A stretch of 64,000 nucleotides of DNA, taken from NCBI GenBank assembly GCA_902770045.1, contig CACXRO010000017.1, positions 9,369 through 73,368 of the forward strand. Direction: 5' to 3'. This DNA is from an uncultured bacterium (GTDB lineage Bacteria > Verrucomicrobiota > Kiritimatiellia > RFP12 > UBA1067). Below the pieces are notes generated by a model. It did not search any database. It was not told the DNA's origin and saw only the letters and a list, made by a program, of their open reading frames with translations. Both the position numbers and the translations under genes were made by a program. This document shows, piece after piece, positions 9,378 to 18,800 of the stretch (the first letter of the stretch is position 1; each line of letters opens with the position of its first letter).

Positions 9378-10137
9378 TGAAGCAAAGGTAGTGAATGCGA
9401 AAGGCGGACTGTTCGTCAATCTTCCTCTCACGAAGCCGACGGGTAAGATTCGTGTCAAGAGACGGAGCTTCTTTTCGGAGTACGGAGAACCGATTGCACC
9501 GAGAAGGGTTAAACTGACGCAATCGTGCTATGTGGAATGGCAGATCGGGTACGACCTCCTCGTCAGCCATGAGAACGCAGAAAAGACCAGTTTAAAGGGC
9601 CTAACCTTCATCAACTACAAGGGGGAGAAAAAATATGCATATGAATTGAGCGAAATTGTCTTCTACGCACATCGTCATGGGCTTATCAAAGATGCAGATA
9701 TTGCGCGCTGCATTGCGGATATCCGCGCCGTACCGGACAAGAATACATTTGAAGAGACATCGTCCATAAGCCGAACTAATCCCAAAGAGGTGACAATTAA
9801 TGGCTTGGCGTTTTATGAAATGAACGTTTCATATCCGCTGTTTGTTCACAGGTTCGGGCGGTACGAGATTTTTGCGGAGATCATGATTCGAGAGAAGCAG
9901 CGCGCAGTTGGAACTCAGGCAATGCTGTATGTGTGCTTGCCTATAACGGCAATGAATTTCAGCAGACAGGCGATAGGACGGACAATGGATGCGAAGGAGT
10001 GTGCCGAGTGGCGGATAGGCCGAGAGGAGGCCGCTCTGGCCTTGGAGCTGTTTCGAGTGTTTGGAATGCTTTCCCCAAAACACAGGCATGATGTCATGTC
10101 TATACTTGAAATGCTGTTTCCTGAGACCACGCGGTAG
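9367..10137 (+). CDS. R.PabI-family restriction DNA glycosylase (HALFPIPE fold)
   Basis: LPLTKPTGKIRVKRR..F.EYG.P and YVEWQIGYD match the R.PabI family as recalled. Coupled to the MTase. Confidence 0.8.
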   Translation: MQTDEAKVVNAKGGLFVNLPLTKPTGKIRVKRRSFFSEYGEPIAPRRVKLTQSCYVEWQIGYDLLVSHENAEKTSLKGLTFINYKGEKKYAYELSEIVFYAHRHGLIKDADIARCIADIRAVPDKNTFEETSSISRTNPKEVTINGLAFYEMNVSYPLFVHRFGRYEIFAEIMIREKQRAVGTQAMLYVCLPITAMNFSRQAIGRTMDAKECAEWRIGREEAALALELFRVFGMLSPKHRHDVMSILEMLFPETTR

Positions 10138-10185
10138 TAACTGTGGAGATGCTCTCATTTCAACAAATGAGGAATGATTGACGTC

Positions 10186-10335
10186 CTAGTCCACGCATGA
10201 AATGGCATCTTGAATTTCACCAATAAGAGAACGAAACTCATCTGAGTAACGGATGTCGGGGTCAATGGAAATACTCTTGGTCTTATAAAGTTCAAGTAGC
10301 TTTTCTGCGAGTGTAAGAAAAAGGTAGTCGTTCAT
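10186..10335 (-). CDS. 49-aa small ORF or truncated gene (MNDYLFLTLAEKLLELYKTK...)
   Basis: Own TATAAT at about 10360-10365 and an AAGGAAAA RBS on the minus strand. Below the ORF-track length cutoff. Confidence 0.35.
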   Translation of the reverse strand: MNDYLFLTLAEKLLELYKTKSISIDPDIRYSDEFRSLIGEIQDAISCVD

Positions 10336-10593
10336 TGTTGGTTTTCCTTGGTGTGCGAATATTATAACATAAAGATCGTTGGCTGTGCATAGGTCGCGCC
10401 GGGCTATAGATCCATTTCACGGTGAATGGAAAATCGCGGCGATGACCGCGGCAGATTGCGCGGCGGTTTTGGTATAATACGCATCGTTGTCTGGAGCAAG
10501 TGCAATGAACGGAACAACCATTTCAGGGGTGGCAGATGCCGGCTCGATGCGGACGCGAATCCTCGCGATCCGCGCGGTTTGCGCTCTCTGCGG

Positions 10594-11547
10594 ATGACGA
10601 CGGCGGCGATGGCAGGCGGATGGACAGCGGTTGGCGTGGTGATCCTTGTCTGGGGAATGACGTTCGCGTCGACGCGGGCGCTGCTCGCTGACTTCTCCGC
10701 GCTTGAAATCCTCCTGCTCAGGTTTTCGCTCGCATACGCCGCGCTCAGGATTGCGTTCGGGCGGTTCTGCGGACACAGGGAGCCCGAACGCCGCGGCGAC
10801 GGATGGCTGTTCGCGGCGATGGGACTCACTGGGATTGTCGCCTACCAGTTCCTCGAAAACTGCGCCATCTACTACACGAACGCGAGCAATGTCGCCATCC
10901 TCGTCTCCTTCGGTCCGGTCGTCACCGCGGTGATGGCGCGGATGCTGTCCGACGACCGCTCGCTTTCGCCGCGGCTCGTCGCCGGCTCGCTGGTCGCCGT
11001 CGCCGGCGTGGCGCTTGTGAGCCTCAACGACGTGGCGGTGTTCGAGCTGAGGCCGCTCGGGGACCTGATGGCGCTTGCCGCGATGGCATGCTGGGGGCTG
11101 TACTCGGTGCTGCTCGACGCGGCGAACCGGCGCGGAGTTCCGCCGGTCGTCGCCGTTCGCCGCGCCTTCGGGTGGTCGCTGGCGATGATGGCGCCGTTCG
11201 CTCTGTGGGGAATGACGGAGTCCGGTACCTGCGCGCTCGACGGCTCGTTCGCGATCATCCTCGACGCCCAGACCAACCTGGACCGGTTCCTCGACCCCGT
11301 CAACTGGATGAACTTAGTCTTTCTCGGCGTTCTCGCCTCCGCGGCGAGCTTCGTCCTCTGGAGCGCGGTGTGTGGTAGGCTTGGGGTGGTCAAGACCACG
11401 ATATCGCTTTATCTCACTCCGCTGGTCGGAGTTGCGTTCGCGACGGTGTTTCTCGGCGAGCAGGTGACGTGGCTCGAGGCAGCCGGAGGGTGCGTCATCC
11501 TTGTCGGCGTGGCGTTCGCGACGAAGGCGAAGGGAGGCGGGAAGTGA
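10594..11547 (+). CDS. DMT/EamA-family transporter
   Basis: About 10 hydrophobic helices; two EamA repeats (ILVWGMTF; YLTPLVGVAFATVFLGE). Confidence 0.9.
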   Translation: MTTAAMAGGWTAVGVVILVWGMTFASTRALLADFSALEILLLRFSLAYAALRIAFGRFCGHREPERRGDGWLFAAMGLTGIVAYQFLENCAIYYTNASNVAILVSFGPVVTAVMARMLSDDRSLSPRLVAGSLVAVAGVALVSLNDVAVFELRPLGDLMALAAMACWGLYSVLLDAANRRGVPPVVAVRRAFGWSLAMMAPFALWGMTESGTCALDGSFAIILDAQTNLDRFLDPVNWMNLVFLGVLASAASFVLWSAVCGRLGVVKTTISLYLTPLVGVAFATVFLGEQVTWLEAAGGCVILVGVAFATKAKGGGK

Positions 11548-11822
11548 AGAAGGCCATTGTCATTGCATCATTGCTGCTTGCCGCGGCGGTTTGCCATGCG
11601 GCAGGGCAAAAGTCTGCCGCGGCGACGAACGCGGTGCCGGAGAGCGCTTTTGCGGCGACGAACGCAGTGCCGACGAAGAAGAAGGCGTCCGCGCAGCAGC
11701 GCCCGCAGTGCGCGGCAACCACGCTGTCCGGCGGACGCTGCCGCCGCCGCGCAGCCGTCGGATCCATATACTGCCGCCAGCACGAGGCCATAATGCGCCG
11801 CCGCCAGGAGCAGGGGCAGTAG
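11544..11822 (+). CDS. Small secreted protein with C3H zinc-finger-like motif
   Basis: GTG start overlaps the upstream stop. Signal peptide KKAIVIASLLLAAAVCHA; QCAATTLSGGRC...YCRQH. Confidence 0.6.
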   Translation: MKKAIVIASLLLAAAVCHAAGQKSAAATNAVPESAFAATNAVPTKKKASAQQRPQCAATTLSGGRCRRRAAVGSIYCRQHEAIMRRRQEQGQ

Positions 11823-12014
11823 TATCACTGTGTAGCAAAACCGCGCCTCCGCGGCACTTTTCGCAGCGGATTGGATTTCGTCCGCACCGTAATCTCCGCG
11901 GCAGTTTGCGCGGCGAATTTTTGTGTAGTTTTGAGGGGGTTGAATCGCAGAAAACCCTTTATTTTCAAGGGCGGAAATGGTATAATACACATATCAAAAC
12001 GAAAGGATAATGAC

Positions 12015-12977
12015 ATGAAAGAAACCGCCCCAAAACGCTGTACGCTGAAGCTGAAGTTCTGGAAGGAAGGCGCCGAGGAAGACGCTCTGGAAGGCATCAT
12101 GACGACGGACTCGCTCCGCGCCGCACGGACAGAGTTTCGTCGCAAGATGCGCGCCCTGCTCCCTTACGACGCGCTGTCGCGCAATCTGCAGCGGGATATC
12201 GTCCAGTGCGGATATGTCGTTGCGGCTGGTCACTTCGTGAACGACACCGACCGCTTTGCGATGCTGCTGATCGACCAGAAGCATTTGGTCGAGAATCCGA
12301 CCATGGTTGCGTTCACCCTCTACGACAACGGCCACCGCATTCAGCTCTTCGAGCATGCGGACGGTGCACTGAAGTCAGAGGAGGATGATGGCGACAAGAA
12401 CGAGATGCCAGTCATCACCGAGGAGAATCCGGACAAGCCGAGCGCGAGCTACGACTGCGAGGCAATCGCCTGTGAGGAGGCAGAGGAATGCCTTGCGCGC
12501 GCAGACAGTCTGATATCAGATTTTCTGTCCGGCGAAGAGAATCTGGATGGCGAGGTGATCGACGAGGAACGCCTCGTCAGCGAGCTCGACTGCATACACT
12601 CCGAGCTGGGAGAATATGACGAAGAGGGGTGGCTCGGCTACCGCGATGCGATGGACGAAATTTCCAACCGGCTGTGGCAGAACGGCGTGGCATGGCCGCA
12701 GCAGCTCCCCTACTGGTCATGGGCGGATGTGGTCAGACCAGAGGACCTCAAGCGTGAGATCAGCCAGACTTGTCTGTTCAGAGACGACCTGCTGGAGATT
12801 CGCAGATACGCGGACGAGCTGAAATGCACCTTCAAGGAGGGGGTTCACAAGCTGATCGAGCATGCGCAGGCCACGCTGGCCGAATTCCCCAAGCCAGAGC
12901 CGCCGGAGCCAGAGGAAGATTCGAATGGCTCCCGCAAGAAAAAGTCCACGAAAAGAACAACTGCGAAACGCCGCTGA
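12015..12977 (+). CDS. Acidic hypothetical protein
   Basis: TGGTATAAT at about 11979, RBS AAAGGA, 320-codon ORF with basic tail. No family recognised. Confidence 0.7.
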   Translation: MKETAPKRCTLKLKFWKEGAEEDALEGIMTTDSLRAARTEFRRKMRALLPYDALSRNLQRDIVQCGYVVAAGHFVNDTDRFAMLLIDQKHLVENPTMVAFTLYDNGHRIQLFEHADGALKSEEDDGDKNEMPVITEENPDKPSASYDCEAIACEEAEECLARADSLISDFLSGEENLDGEVIDEERLVSELDCIHSELGEYDEEGWLGYRDAMDEISNRLWQNGVAWPQQLPYWSWADVVRPEDLKREISQTCLFRDDLLEIRRYADELKCTFKEGVHKLIEHAQATLAEFPKPEPPEPEEDSNGSRKKKSTKRTTAKRR

Positions 12978-13049
12978 CGCGGCACCTTGCGCGGCACTTT
13001 GCGATCTTTGTGTTCTTTGTGGCTAAAACAAAACAGATTCCCGTGGAGA

Positions 13050-14417
13050 CTATCGGCCGAGGACGCGGTCGGCGAAGTCGAGCATCCACTTCCAGTCGTG
13101 ACCGGAGATGCCGTGGGCGCCGCCGCGGCGGACGTAGCCGAGGCGCTCGCCGATCAGCGCGGTCGAGTAGTTCGGCGGGAAGTCGCCCTCCGGCAGACCC
13201 TTGCCGCAGAGCATTTTCCACGCCGGCGACGCGGCGCGGCAGGCGAGGTACTCACCCCTGGTGTCGAACCATTCGCTGTTGAAGCCCTCCACGAGCAGCG
13301 CGCGCGGCGCGATCGACGCGAGGAGCAGGTGCTGGTCGAAGGGCATAGCCTGCTCGTTGTCGATGTACTTCGCGTAGGCCGCGCAGTACCAGTGAGGGAA
13401 CATCTGCATCTCGGTGGAGACGTTCTCGCCGAAGTCGCGCTTGGCGAGCGGACAGCCGCCGCCGCCGGTCTGGTTGGGGACGCACACGGCGAAGCGCTCG
13501 TCGCGCGAGGCGGCGAGCAGGGCGGACTTCGCGAGGCGAGAGGATCCGGTCACGACGCACCGCTTCGCGTCGATCTCGGCGATGCGCTCGGCGAGGTCGA
13601 GTCCGCGCGAGAGCGTCCACGCCCACGCCCCGAGGGCCGTGGTGTTGTCGCTCCGCTTCGGGTCGCGCTTCGGCCAGAGCTCGAAGATCCGGGTGTAGGC
13701 GAAGTCCGGCGGGAGTTTGAAGCACGCCTCGGCGTCCGGCGAGACCTGGGCGTAGCAGGCGGTCAGGAGCGCGTAGCCGCGGGCGACGACGAAGTCGGCG
13801 GGGACGGTGGTGCGCGAGCGCGAGTCGCGGCCGAAGCCGCGGTTCTCCTCGCGCGGGCCGTTGTCGCGGCCCATGTCCTTCGGCTCGTCGCGGAACCAGC
13901 CGCCGTCTGGCATCGGCACCTCGGGGTCGTTCAGCACCGCGTGGTTGCCGCGGTAGTTGAGCATCAGCACCACCGGCGCCTTGTCCTGGTTCTCGCAGAC
14001 GACGTGTTCGTCGGCGACCTTCGGCTCGTTGCCGGCGATGCGGTTGGGGAGGACGAGCAGCCAGTCGACGAAGGGGCCGGAGCGGTCGCGCCGGAACCAC
14101 ATCCGGTACTGGCGGCGGATGGCGAGGCCGGCGAGGGTCGGGCCCTCCTCCTTCAGCTCGGTCACCACCGCCTCCGGCGCCGGCGGCGGCTGGCCGTACA
14201 TCTCGCGCGAGAAGATGTCGACGATCTCCTGTCGGCGCGCGGGCCAGTCCGCGGCGCCTGCGACCTTGCGTCCGTCGGCGAACGTGAGCGGGTCCTCGAG
14301 GGTGTAGGGGGCGACCTTCCCCTCGTCGTAGTTGGGCTCCCGCGCCGCCGCGGCGAGCGACGAAACGACGGTAACCGCGGAAAAGGCGATCTTTATGGCG
14401 GAGAATTTCGTTTTCAT
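13050..14417 (-). CDS. Secreted CE15-family (glucuronoyl esterase-like) carbohydrate esterase
   Basis: Signal peptide; NYDEGKVAPYTLEDPL, AWAWTLSRGLD, TGSSRLAK nucleophile motif, NQTGGGG, FPHWYC, PFDQH. Confidence 0.8.
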   Translation of the reverse strand: MKTKFSAIKIAFSAVTVVSSLAAAAREPNYDEGKVAPYTLEDPLTFADGRKVAGAADWPARRQEIVDIFSREMYGQPPPAPEAVVTELKEEGPTLAGLAIRRQYRMWFRRDRSGPFVDWLLVLPNRIAGNEPKVADEHVVCENQDKAPVVLMLNYRGNHAVLNDPEVPMPDGGWFRDEPKDMGRDNGPREENRGFGRDSRSRTTVPADFVVARGYALLTACYAQVSPDAEACFKLPPDFAYTRIFELWPKRDPKRSDNTTALGAWAWTLSRGLDLAERIAEIDAKRCVVTGSSRLAKSALLAASRDERFAVCVPNQTGGGGCPLAKRDFGENVSTEMQMFPHWYCAAYAKYIDNEQAMPFDQHLLLASIAPRALLVEGFNSEWFDTRGEYLACRAASPAWKMLCGKGLPEGDFPPNYSTALIGERLGYVRRGGAHGISGHDWKWMLDFADRVLGR

Positions 14418-14420
14418 GAA

Positions 14421-14461
14421 GTGCATTATACCACAAAGGCGGGATTTATGGTATAATGCAC
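14421..14461. promoter_or_regulatory. Back-to-back TGGTATAAT promoters forming a 13-bp perfect inverted repeat
   Basis: GTGCATTATACCA (14421-14433) and TGGTATAATGCAC (14449-14461) between divergent genes. Confidence 0.75.
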
Positions 14462-14520
14462 TCAAATGTATGTGGTGCCTGGTGCATATCCAGGCCATGC
14501 ATTCAACAAGAGGAGGCGAA

Positions 14521-15834
14521 ATGCACAAGAAGAAGGTGTCGCTGGTCGTCAAGATCATGATCGGGTTTCTGCTGGGCACGGTGGCGGGTCTGCTGATAAG
14601 CAGGTTCGGAGGGCCCGAGGCCGTCAAGAAGGTGGTGCCTTTCGTCGCCCCGTTCGGCAACGTGCTGGTGGCGATGCTCAAGATGGTGGTCTACCCGATA
14701 ATCCTCTTCTCGCTGATCCTCGGCGCGGCGTCGCTGCCGCTGAAGCGGTCGGGGCGGGTGGGCGCGAGCGTGCTCGCGTGGTACTTCGTCACCTCGATCC
14801 TGGCCACGGTGTTCGGAGTTGCGCTCGCCTACGCGCTCGATCCGTCGATGGCGTCGGCGAAGTCGGTCGCGAGCGGCTACATGGGCGGCGTCGAGGGGAT
14901 GGCCGCGAAGTCCACCGGCGGCACGTTCGGCGCGTTCTTCGTGGGGCTCTTCCAGAATCCGTTCGCGGCGCTCGCGAGCGGGCAGTTCCTGCCGATCATC
15001 GTCTTCTCGATCGGCTTCGGGCTCTGCGCCCGCTGGCTGCTGGACTCCGCCGGACTCGACGCGCGCACCCGGAACTCGGTGGAGACTCTGGTCGCCTGCT
15101 GCGACGGCGCCCAGAAGGTGGCGTTCAAGCTCATCGACTGCGTGATCCACTACTTCCCGATCGGCGTGTTCGCGCTTTCGCTCGTCAACTTCGCCGAGAA
15201 CGGGGTGCTGCTCTTCGGCCCCTACGCGAAGATCACGCTCTGCGTGGTGGTGGGGGTGGTGGCGATGATCGTAGTCGTCTATCCGCTCGCGATCGCGATC
15301 TTCTGCCGCGAGAACCCGTACAAGGTGCTCCTGCGCCTGCGCGAGCCGATGCTCACCGCCTTCGTGACCCGCTCCTCGGCGGCCACGCTGCCGGTGTCGT
15401 TCAAGGCGGCGGACGCGCTCGGCGTCGACCGCACGCTCTCGTCCTTCTCGCTGCCGATGGGGGCGACGATCAACATGGACGGCGTCTGCGTGCACCTTCC
15501 GGTCTTCGTGATCCTGGCGGCGAACATGTTCGGCCACGACCTCGGCGTGGTGGAGATCGCCACCCTCTGCGTGTCGATCGTCTTCGCCTCGGTCGGCGCG
15601 GGCGGCATCCCCGGCGGTTCGGTGTTCCTGCTCTTCATGGTGCTCGAGAACATGGGCCTGCCGTCCGACCAGGTGGCGATGGTGGTGGCGCTCTGCCTCG
15701 GGATCAACCCGGTCCTCGACATGTTCGAGACCTGCTGCAACGTGACGGGCGACAACGTCTGCACCTACATCGTGGCGAAGCGGGGCGGCCTCATGAGGCA
15801 AGGCGGCGGTTCAGCTCCGCGATCTTCGCCTTGA
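14521..15834 (+). CDS. Dicarboxylate/amino acid:cation symporter (DAACS)
   Basis: MLKMVVYPII, AFVTRSSAATLP, PMGATINMDG, DMFETCCNVTGD motifs. Confidence 0.93.
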   Translation: MHKKKVSLVVKIMIGFLLGTVAGLLISRFGGPEAVKKVVPFVAPFGNVLVAMLKMVVYPIILFSLILGAASLPLKRSGRVGASVLAWYFVTSILATVFGVALAYALDPSMASAKSVASGYMGGVEGMAAKSTGGTFGAFFVGLFQNPFAALASGQFLPIIVFSIGFGLCARWLLDSAGLDARTRNSVETLVACCDGAQKVAFKLIDCVIHYFPIGVFALSLVNFAENGVLLFGPYAKITLCVVVGVVAMIVVVYPLAIAIFCRENPYKVLLRLREPMLTAFVTRSSAATLPVSFKAADALGVDRTLSSFSLPMGATINMDGVCVHLPVFVILAANMFGHDLGVVEIATLCVSIVFASVGAGGIPGGSVFLLFMVLENMGLPSDQVAMVVALCLGINPVLDMFETCCNVTGDNVCTYIVAKRGGLMRQGGGSAPRSSP

Positions 15835-18800
15835 AGGTGCCGCCCTTGAGGAACTCCACGAAGGCGATCTCGCGCGAGCCGGCGCGGTAGAAGACCGCGC
15901 GCCCGTCCCGCACGTCCAGGTTCGAGATGCCGGCGCGCGCGCAGCGCACCCGCAGAGCCGCGACGTCCGCGAACTCCTCCGCCTCGCGCGGCAGCGGCCC
16001 GAACCGGTCCTTCATCTCCAGCTTCAGCGCCGCGATCGTCTTCAGGTCCTGCGCCTCGGCGAAGCGGCGGAGGAGCGCGAGCCGCTGCGCGTCCTCCTCG
16101 ATGTAGTCGTAGGGGATGCGCGGCTGGACGAAGTCGAGGTTTAGCTTCACGTCCACCGTCTCCTTCGCCTTCTCGCCCTTCATCAGCGCGATGGTGCGCT
16201 GCAGGAGCTGGCAGTAGAGCCCGAAGCCGACCGCGGCGATGTGCCCGGACTGCTGCGAGCCGAGGAGGTTGCCGGCGCCGCGCAGCTCCAGGTCGCGCAC
16301 CGCCAGGTTGAAGCCGGCCCCGAGCCCGCCGTGGCGGCGGAGCGCGGCGAGGCGCTCGCGCGCGTCGGAGTCGATGTCGCCGGAGGCGGGGATCATCAGG
16401 TAGGCGTAGCCCTGGCGCGACGAGCGCCCGACGCGTCCGCGCAGCTGGTAGAGGTCGGCGAGGCCGAAGGCGTCGGCGCGCTCGACGATGATCGTGTTCG
16501 CGCGGGGGATGTCGAGGCCGGACTCGACGATCGTCGTCGAGAGGAGAACGTCGAACTTGCCGCGCTCGAAGTCGCGCATCTTCGCGGCGAGCTCGCGCGC
16601 GTCCATGCGGCCGTGGGCGACGACGACGCGCGCCTTCGGCACCGCCGCGCGGATCCGCCGCTCGGCGAGGTGGATGGTGGAGACGCGGTTGTGGAGGTAG
16701 TAGACCTGCCCGCCGCGCGCGAGCTCGGCGGAGATGGCGGCGGACACCGCGGCGTCGGAGTCGCGCTCCACCTTCGTCTCCACCGCCACCCGCTCGCGCG
16801 GCGGCGAACGGAGGAGCGAGAGGTCGCGCGCGCCGGTCATCGAGAGGTAGAGCGTGCGGGGGATCGGGGTCGCCGAGAGCGTCAGCACGTCCGCCGTCGC
16901 GCGGAGGCGCTTGAGGAACTCCTTGTGCCTGACGCCGAAGCGCTGCTCCTCGTCGATCACGATGAGCCCCAGGTCGCGGAAGACCGTCCGGTCGGAGAGC
17001 AGCGCGTGGGTGCCGATCACGATGTCGCAGGTGCCGGCGGCGAGCCGCTGGAAGGTGCCGCGGCGGGTCTCGGGGCCCTGGAAGCGCGAGAGCGACTCGA
17101 TGCGCACCGGCGTTCCGTCGAAGCGCGAGGTGAAGGTCTCGAAGTGCTGCTCCGCGAGCACGGTGGTGGGCGCGAGCACGGCCACCTGCTTGCCGTTCAT
17201 CGCCGCGATGTAGGCCGCGCGCATCGCCACCTCGGTCTTGCCGTAGCCGGCGTCGCCGCAGACGAGGCGGTCCATCGGCTTGGTCGAGGCGAGGTCGCGC
17301 TTGACCGCCGCGATCGCCTCGGCCTGGTCCGGCGTCTCTTCGTAGGGGAAGGCCGCCTCGAACGCGTCGAGCCCGTCGCACTCGACGTCGTAGGCGAAGC
17401 CCGGCGTCAGGTCGCGCTTCGCCTGGGTCTCGAGCAGGGCGGCGGCGAGGTCGGTCACCGCCCGCTGCGCCTCGCGCTTGTCCTTCTCCCAGCGCCTGCC
17501 GTCCAGCCGGTGGAGCCTCACCTCCTCGCCGCGCACGCCGACGTAGCGCGAGAGGAGGTGCGCGTGCGCCGCCGGCACGTGCAGCTTGCCGCCGTCGGCG
17601 TACTCGATGGTGAACACCTCGCTGCGCCTGCCGTTGACGGTGATCTCCGACGACCCCACGAAGCGCCCGACGCCGTAGTCGACGTGCACCACGTACTCGC
17701 CCAGCTCGAGGTCCTCGAAGTCGGTCAGCCTCGCGCCGGCGTTGCCGGCGGCGCGGCGCGGCGGCGGCGCGGAGCGGCGCGCGAACACGCGGTCGGCCTT
17801 GGAGACCGCGAGGACGGCCTTGCCGCCTTCCGCGGCCGGCAGCTCGAAGCCGCCGGAGAGCCCGTCGGCCCGCGCCACCAGCGCGCCGCGATCCTCCGCC
17901 GCGGCGAGGTGCCGCTCCAGCCGGGCGCGCGACTGCTCGAAGAGCTCCGGATGCCGCGCGGCGTCCGCGCCGAGCTCCGCGAAGCCGGGCAGCGGCACGG
18001 TCTGGAAGGGGAAGGTGGGCGTGCCGCGCGGCGCGGGGTCGCCGGTGAAGACGATGGCGTGGTGGCTGTCTTTGCCGGCGAGCCGCGGCAGGAGGGCCGG
18101 GTATTCGTTGTGCTCGAACGCAATCACCGCCGCGCCGTCCGGGAGCCGGTCCGCGACCAGCGAGCCGCGGTCCGCAGGCTGCGCGCCGCCGCTTTCCGCC
18201 ACCGGCATGAACTCGGCTTCGGCGACCGCTTCGACCGACACCTGGGTGGCGGGGGAGAACGCCCGCAGCCCCTCGAGCTCGTCGCCGAAGAACTCGGCCC
18301 GGACCGGCAGCTCCTCGCCGGGCGACCAGGCGTCGATGATGCCGCCGCGCACGGAGTAGTCGCCTTCCTGCGCGACCTGCGGCACCCTTGAATAGCCGAG
18401 CGCGGCGAGGCGCGCGGCGAAGTCGCCGAACGAAGCCGCGGCTCCGGCCGCGAGCCTCAGCGGCTCCGGCGCGCGCGCGGGCAGCGGCGCGGCGACCGCG
18501 GCGGCCGGGGCGACAACGACGCATGGATACGGCATCGTCGCCCAGGCGCCGAGCGCCGCGGCGGTCTTGAGCCGCAGCGCGAACGCGGCGCGGTCGTCCG
18601 CGCCCGGCACCGGGAACTCGAGGACCCGCGCCTTGCGCCATTTGCCGCGCGACGCCGGCAGCGAATTGCAGATTACGCCGAGGTCGGCGAGGAGCCGGTC
18701 GGCGTCGGGGAGGCCGGGGACGACCGCCAGCACGACGCGCGGCTCCGCGGCGAGCGCGAGGGAGAGGAAGGCGTCGGCGGAGCCGGTGAGCGAGGGTATG

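Noticed and set aside
10505-10597. 30-aa uORF or riboswitch ahead of the EamA gene
   Set aside because: No riboswitch consensus recognised. The ending (AVCALCG) resembles the dispersed repeat family, so it is likelier repeat-derived.
15791-15834. 44-bp convergent overlap of mfd and the symporter
   Set aside because: Short tail-to-tail overlaps are common in high-GC genomes.
15765-18641. 958-aa + strand ORF and other long Arg/Ala/Pro-rich ORFs (e.g. 16241..18391, 44981..47851, 51320..54514, 14503..15801, 19176..20684)
   Set aside because: Shadow frames of high-GC genes (mfd, uvrA/rho, GH78 and others) with no recognisable motifs.
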